A DNA stretch of 64,000 nt from NCBI GenBank assembly GCA_012295275.1, contig CM022673.1, positions 26,164,001-26,228,000 on the forward strand, written 5' to 3'. The notes beneath the pieces were generated by a model, which worked only from the letters and a program-made list of their open reading frames with translations, was not told the DNA's origin and searched no databases. How positions within the stretch are numbered: the stretch's first letter is position 1; each line of letters begins with the position of its first letter. Below, in pieces: positions 57,442 to 64,000 of this stretch. The stretch comes from Chrysomallon squamiferum. Its lineage: Eukaryota > Animalia > Mollusca. Made by a program: the position numbers and the translations under genes.

Positions 57442-58714
57442 GACATTTTAATTTTTTTACTTAAATATGGCGAACATTTTAACTTTAGAAATTATATATA
57501 ATTGTGGAAGTAGAAATAATTAATAGTTAAAGGGAACTATTACGACAGTTAATTCAGAGAATCTGAGAAGTAATAAAATAATAACTAAATATTTAGTGTT
57601 ATACCTCTGTATATATTAATGAGATAAAATTTCTACTCAGTGCTACAGATCTAGTATTTAAAGGTTATGTATGTACTGTATGTTTTTACATTTATGATTT
57701 CATTGTTATGAATAGCATATTACTTATTTTGACATTAATGCATAAAAAGTTCAGACAGTTGACTTAATAATTTTGATGTTTCAGAAAAGAGAAAGCGAGA
57801 TGCCATTGTTGCTTCTACTGCTTTGTCCCACATGTTGGTGGACCATCTAAATGCTGGGTAAACATTTTAATAATTAGTAAATCTTCACATTAGTTTGAGA
57901 ATCCACCTAGATTTAACATTGTCAAAAATTAAAAAAATAAATTATCTGCATTTGTTAGTATCTAAACTAATTTAATTGTATAATATAAAAGAACTTTTAA
58001 AAATAATGTAACAACATTTTCAAAATTAAAATCTTATCTGGAAGAAAAAAGCTAATAACTGATTTGCTGTTGTTTGTTTACTCTCTGTTAATACGTTTAA
58101 CAGCAATCTGCATTATGTTTCTCAGAAAAAAATTATTAAAAGGTAAATAATATTTTACTTTAAACAATAATTTATTTTCATCAGTTTCATACCATATGTT
58201 AACAATAGAAACAAACAAACAAGAAAACCTTATCAACTGACATCTTTTCCTGCATTAAATTAAAACCCATATTATATGGTATATGGATTTAAAAAAATGC
58301 TTTTTGGAACTGTAGATAAAACAAATTCAAGCACACAAGGAATTTTGTTGTTCTTCTTTTTTTTTTTTTTTTTTTCTAACTGCTGATATAATAAATTAAT
58401 ATAATAAAATAAATGAAAGAAAATGTTTTAATTGTTATATTTTACTGATTAATTATTTAGGGTTGCACAAGCTTATGTGAATGAGAAGAAACTAAATACA
58501 GAAACAAAGATTCTGCAAGAAAATGCTGCTCAGTTTACCAAATTAACCATGCAGTGGCTGAAATTAGTGGAAGATTTAAATACAGCACTAAAGGTAAAAC
58601 ACACCAGTCAGAACACATCATATCAAATACTCAAATACACCAGTGACATTGCCAAACTCACTCACACATACACGCAAATACACACACCCAGAGAAAGAGA
58701 GAGAGGGAGGAGGG

Positions 58715-58745
<31 letters not shown>

Positions 58746-59345
58746 GAGAGAATATGTGATCAGTCTTATTTAAATGTAAATTTCAGGAAATTGGAGATGT
58801 TGAAAACTGGGCAAAAAGCATCGAAACAGATATGCGGACTATATCTAGTGCTTTAGAATATGCTTACAGAAAAGGTGAGTTGTATCCACAAGATCAGCAC
58901 CAAACCAAATGTATTTTCATTGTTATAATGTACATATGGTGTTAGTACTGTTTAACAAATAAATTTCATCATTTTATACATATATATATTTAAATTAATA
59001 ACAAACCTTTTTCTGTTTTTAATGTTTAGTGGATTATCACTTGAGTCTGTTTTGACTTATATATGTTTTTTAAGATGGCTCGTGTAGAAATAATGCTTGT
59101 TTAAATTTTGTTAATCCATTTTTAGGATTAATTTTGTTAACAGTAATAATGCTAGTTTAGCCAAACACGTAATTTATTTTTAATCATTCTTATACATGTT
59201 TATTTATTTATTTTATTTTATTATTATTATTTTTTTTATTGTTGTTGCTTTTGTTCCTGATGAAATGGAATCCCTAATTATTTTGATTCAAATTTTATTT
59301 ATTTATATTTAAATTTCATTTATATTCATCATTTCAGGTGAATGA
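57314..59345 (+). CDS. BLOC1S1: Biogenesis of lysosome-related organelles complex 1 subunit 1 (BLOS1/GCN5L1), ~120 aa
   Basis: Exons 57314-57374, 57785-57857, 58461-58593, 58787-58874, 59338-59345 with consistent phases. Translation MLSNLLKQHQIRQQARKEIQEKRKRDAI...LVDHLNAGVAQAYVNEKKL...[34 protein letters not shown] matches the BLOS1 family. The last 8-nt coding exon is less certain. Confidence 0.95.
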
Positions 59346-61328
59346 ATGCCAAGAGATGAGAAGAAGTGATTTGAAGCACATGAACGTTAACTAAATTTAT
59401 CATTAAATTTGACTGTTTATATGGAATCATAATGTTTCGTAATCATACTCGGAGCATAGTTCAGATAATGATGTGAAAACTTACTGAGATTGTCTGACAG
59501 TGAATTGGTGCAATCCACTGAACTGTTTATTGTTCCACCCAAGTTTGATTTACAGGGGGACATCATTAGTGTTTACCTCCTCTTTGGAAGATGTATATTA
59601 AGATCACATACTGTTATGCTTTGAGAATCACACATAATAAACACAGTTAATTCAGTCTTAAAATAACTGTAATCAAAAACTAAATATGTTGGATACCTAA
59701 TAAATGTTATATAAATTGTGTTTATTTTATTTCTTGTTTTGGAACTATATAATTTAATGTGAAGTGCCAAATAAATGGATCAGACTAGAGATTAAAAAGA
59801 AAAAAACAAAAATCTTTTTTTTATTAAAAATTTTAAACTTCATTTGATTTATAATAACTTGTTAATATTAGCAGATTTGTAGATAACAATTTGAAAGACA
59901 TTAAAAAGATAACATTTTATTGGTTTTGTTTCAGTGAGAATAAACTATTTGTTTCAATATAAATATTTTATTTACCTTCAAGTGATTTTGTTCATTTGTT
60001 CTGGAAACTCACTATTGATGATGTTATTTCAGTCTATACATAATAATAATAATAATAACAGTAATAATAAATGTTCCTTGTTTTGGATACTTTCAACAAA
60101 TATTAAGGAAAACATTGATGTTTTTTATTTTAGAATGAATGTGTGTGTTCCAAATATCAATTTGTTAAACATTAATTTCATTATTACAACGCAACAATAA
60201 CACAAGACTTGTAAAACATTGGAATTATTTTATTACAAATGAAATGGTAAATAAGATTAAAGTAAGAAATGACTAATTACAATGAATGATGTGTCTGGCT
60301 ATCAATGGTTCAAGATGAAAAAAATGGCTGAAATCTTAATGCCAGTATGTTAATGTGTCACAAGTAACATGACACAAAGATTGTCAAATATTCTAACTCT
60401 AGTAATAATCTACAACAGATCTATTTATTAAATATTTTATAATTCCTGGTTTCAAAAAAGCATTTCTTCTTTTCAAGTTTTATTTTACAATGTATTTTAA
60501 TGGAAAGCATTGGTCTGTTATAAATGTTTCATAAGACAGAACATAATATTTTTTACATTAATACACTTCTGATGAATTTAACAATATATAGTTTTGGAAT
60601 TTATGTTAAATTTATGGATAAAAAAGATTTATGAAAGAAAGAAAAAATAAACATCACTTATAAATCTCAACATTTATAAATGATATTTACATTATGGAAT
60701 CAATTAATGAATTTCTTTAAAAATAGAAAGAAAATGGAATATTTTTCAATTTTGAAACTGATATTAAGTTGCCAACAGAATGATTGTAGAAATCAGCTAT
60801 TAAAACTATAATGTTTATTTTTACATCATACAATTTTTAAAATTCTTTTTCTAAAAGTGTTGAAATTTCTTTATAATTAATCAACCTTATTTACAGTAAT
60901 TTCACAGAATATTAAAAGAAAACCTTAACATTATGAACTGATATTAATTTTATTTATTATCTGCATTAATGTTCATAATTTTGTTATATAAAATGTATTT
61001 TAATCAATATCTTTAACAAAACAAAAACATTATATTTTAAAATAATCTTTAAACAATTTGTAAAAAAAAATATTCTAAAGAAATAATTCATCAGGAATAA
61101 TTAAGAAAATTTAAAAAAAAAAAAAAAAAAACCCCTGCAAATTTCATCAGTTACCAAAATTATGAATTTATAATGGACAAAATAAATAACAATAAAAAAA
61201 AAAAAATCCACATAAGTATTTTCTTACATCTTTTTAAAAAAATAAAAAATAAAAAACAACTTGTAATGACATAACAAATTCAGATGTATTTTAACCAAAA
61301 TATATTTTTTTTAACATTTTATCAAATA

Positions 61329-62753
61329 TCATGAATTTTTGGAAAAAAGTTCCAAGTTCTTGATCTCGTCTTCAATTGACTGTTTTTTGCTTAATTTCTC
61401 CAGCTGCTCTTTCTGAGGTTCCTTCAGTTCCCCGGACTTTATTTTCTGCTCGAGATCTTCGACTTGCTTTAGCTTCTTCTTCAAATTTCGTATCCTTTTA
61501 GCCGTGTCTGTGGCTGCAGAACTGGCGTCGCCAGCTGCTGTGAGGTCTTGCTGTGGTGAAGACTGCTGCTGCTTGGGTGTGTCTGCCTGCTCCTGCACAT
61601 GTGAATTGGTCAGCGACTGACAAATCTGTGTCATTCCTCCATCTTTCTGCTTCTTCTTCTCCTTCCGTTTTGCGTTCTTCTTTGCAGATTTGGACATGCT
61701 GTTTTCTGGAGCTTTCATTTTTGCTACGTCCTCAGGTGAAAGGCCAATTGGATGAGTTGGTCGACTGCTTACCCATTGCATGCCTTTGCTTTCATACCTG
61801 AAATATATAGATATATATATATATAGATACATTGTTTTATATTGAATGAATCAGCTGTCACTGGACAGCCTCAGTTAAATATGAGATCTCGTTTATAAAA
61901 CTAAGACAAAACCTGAGATAAACAAAACCAAATTGACTGTAACTGATGATAAACTAGGTAATTAAATATAATAATAATAATAAAAAAATTGAAAACAAAA
62001 ACAATTCTGTAATAGTTCATATGTTAACATTACATGTGAAAAATATGTCACCAAAAAAACAAATTAAAAAATATATATATAAAAAAAAAAAAAAAAAAAC
62101 GTACACCGGGACCTCCTCTTGAGGGACATATCCTTCTTTAACACGACGGGGTTTCCGCCAGCTACCATCTGGTCGTCTGCTTCCAGGAATGAACAATTCC
62201 CCTGATATAGAAACAAAAACATATAATTATGTGAATTTCCAACATATGTATTTCTTACATATGATATTGTCAGATATATGAACTGAAGTTAGGGAAATAT
62301 TCACAGAATAAATTTCTAAAAAAAAAAAAAAACCTGCTTAATAATTATATTATTACATTTATATTGTTATTTATTCAGTATGCGGGGTTACTATCTGACA
62401 ATTTGACAGTTTTAGTTAATTTGGCTCTTTAAATGGTAATTATCTGTTTGATTTTGTATTTTGCAGCGATTAAAAAAAGGGGGGAATTTTCCACAAAGAT
62501 AACAAAAAGTCTGTTTATTTACCAAAAACAGTTCACGATTATGCTAGTATCACTGTCTCAGTGTCTGTCTGAAAGCTGGAATAGCTGTACCATTTAATAG
62601 TGTGATAAAATGAACCCACATGTATGTGTAATGCAAACAATGAACGCAAATATTATTACAGAGTCTTTCTAGACAGTGGTGTTAAAACAATATTCGTATA
62701 CCTGTCTTTTCATCCCGCACTACACCTACTCTTTCTTCCGCAACTGTAGCCAT
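61329..62753 (-). CDS. PYM1: Partner of Y14 and Mago (PYM/WIBG), exon-junction-complex disassembly factor, ~205 aa
   Basis: Exons 62753-62702, 62201-62105, 61797-61329 (618 nt). N-terminal Mago-binding motif [35 protein letters not shown]; [14 protein letters not shown]; C-terminal [20 protein letters not shown]...EQLEKL. Confidence 0.96.
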
Positions 62754-63647
62754 TTCTACCAATATTTAGAGTTACGTCCCTTGATAGCCATCTAATTTTG
62801 CGTACCGTAGATTTTGTTTGATAGTTTAAACATATTTCCCATATTATCTTGAACTGTTAAACTGTTAAATTGTGAAAAATTATTATTATTATTATTATTA
62901 ATGTTACTTTTACAATTCTCATTAAATATTTGTTCACCGTTTAGTAAATATCATAAAGGCATAGATGTAAAAAAAAAAAAAATATTATAATCCTTAATGC
63001 ATGAATAACAAAACATTTGCGAATTTAATAATTAACCGGTAATTACTCAATACGTAAATCCAAAATTATTATTATTATTATTATTTTAACCACTACATAC
63101 ATACATACATACACACACCCACATACATACATACATACATGTATAAGCTTGGTTATAAATATAATTTAATTTAAAAAAAAATGTATTTTTTTTCTTTTTT
63201 TCAAGATGATGGGAAATAACAGAAGACTATTGTTACTGCACGAGATCTAATAATTATGTTATTTTCATGGTACAACTATCGCCTTCAGATTCCCAACGCT
63301 TGAAATCTATGGAGAAATTAATATTTTATTCCCATTACGAGTCTAATATGCATATAAATTAGTGATACTGTGGTAAAATACATCCAAATAATGAAATAGT
63401 CTGTACATAGTTTGAAGTTATCTGCATTTGGTACCAAAAAATAAATAAATAAATAAATAAATTAAATAATTTAAAAATAAAAATAGTGATAAATAAATAT
63501 CTTCCTATTTGAAATAACACGCTATGTATACGCTGGCTTTTAACAAATGGATGTAGTGAGATTAACAGTAATCAATATTAAAATGTCTTAAACTGATAAT
63601 ATCTGGTTGACATGTAGTAATTAAATGACCACTTACATTTCTCATGA

Positions 63648-63653
<6 letters not shown>

Positions 63654-63737
<84 letters not shown>
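63654..63737. repeat. (AG)n microsatellite
   Basis: Direct reading. Confidence 0.97.
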
Positions 63738-63741
<4 letters not shown>

Positions 63742-64000
63742 CAAAATAAATACAGTGTGAAATTACTATTATTAATGAGCATTTACAGACGACGTATGAT
63801 ACAAATGTATTTTAAACCTTATGCCAACACTCGTAATGTACTAAATTAACCTTCTTTTGAAGTTTTCACAGAACAATGTTTTACGTACAGTGGTATTGTT
63901 TAGCCTTTTTATGATGTCATGATCTTTATGGCAGAACCATTTTGCAAAATGAGTAGAAAGATAGGAGGTACTTGAAAGCTAGGCCCGCAATAAACGTAGC

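Noticed and set aside
58505-58525. TTCTGCAAGAA in BLOC1S1 as an IRE1/RIDD stem-loop
   Set aside because: It lacks the CUGCAG consensus and has only a 3-bp stem.

Overview
Very AT-rich, microsatellite-dense animal genomic DNA. It is probably a mollusc, possibly a gastropod; this is inferred from composition, intron style and repeat remnants and is not proven. Four spliced protein-coding genes were reconstructed by hand with phase-consistent exons: (1) an ADCY5/6-type transmembrane adenylyl cyclase (+, CDS 6185-21144, 19 coding exons, ~1114 aa); (2) an integrin alpha of the PS1/alpha3-6-7 laminin-receptor class (-, CDS 56356-29297, 26 exons, one GC-AG intron, one exon scrambled with minisatellite DNA); (3) BLOC1S1 (+, 57314-59345), head-to-head with the integrin; (4) PYM1 (-, 62753-61329). 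No CRISPR, rRNA or tRNA genes were seen, and most of the supplied ORFs are microsatellite artefacts. Main leads: the ITGA7-BLOC1S1-PYM1(-ADCY6) neighbourhood recalls human 12q13; a ~670-bp intronic foldback has substitutions that favour G-U pairing on the transcribed strand; decayed copies of exon-intron boundaries recur, one of them a candidate in-frame microexon; and the cyclase has a UGA-CUA stop context, a Ser-to-Gln change in the forskolin pocket and a perfect CRE upstream. None of these proves a new biological system. They are testable leads.
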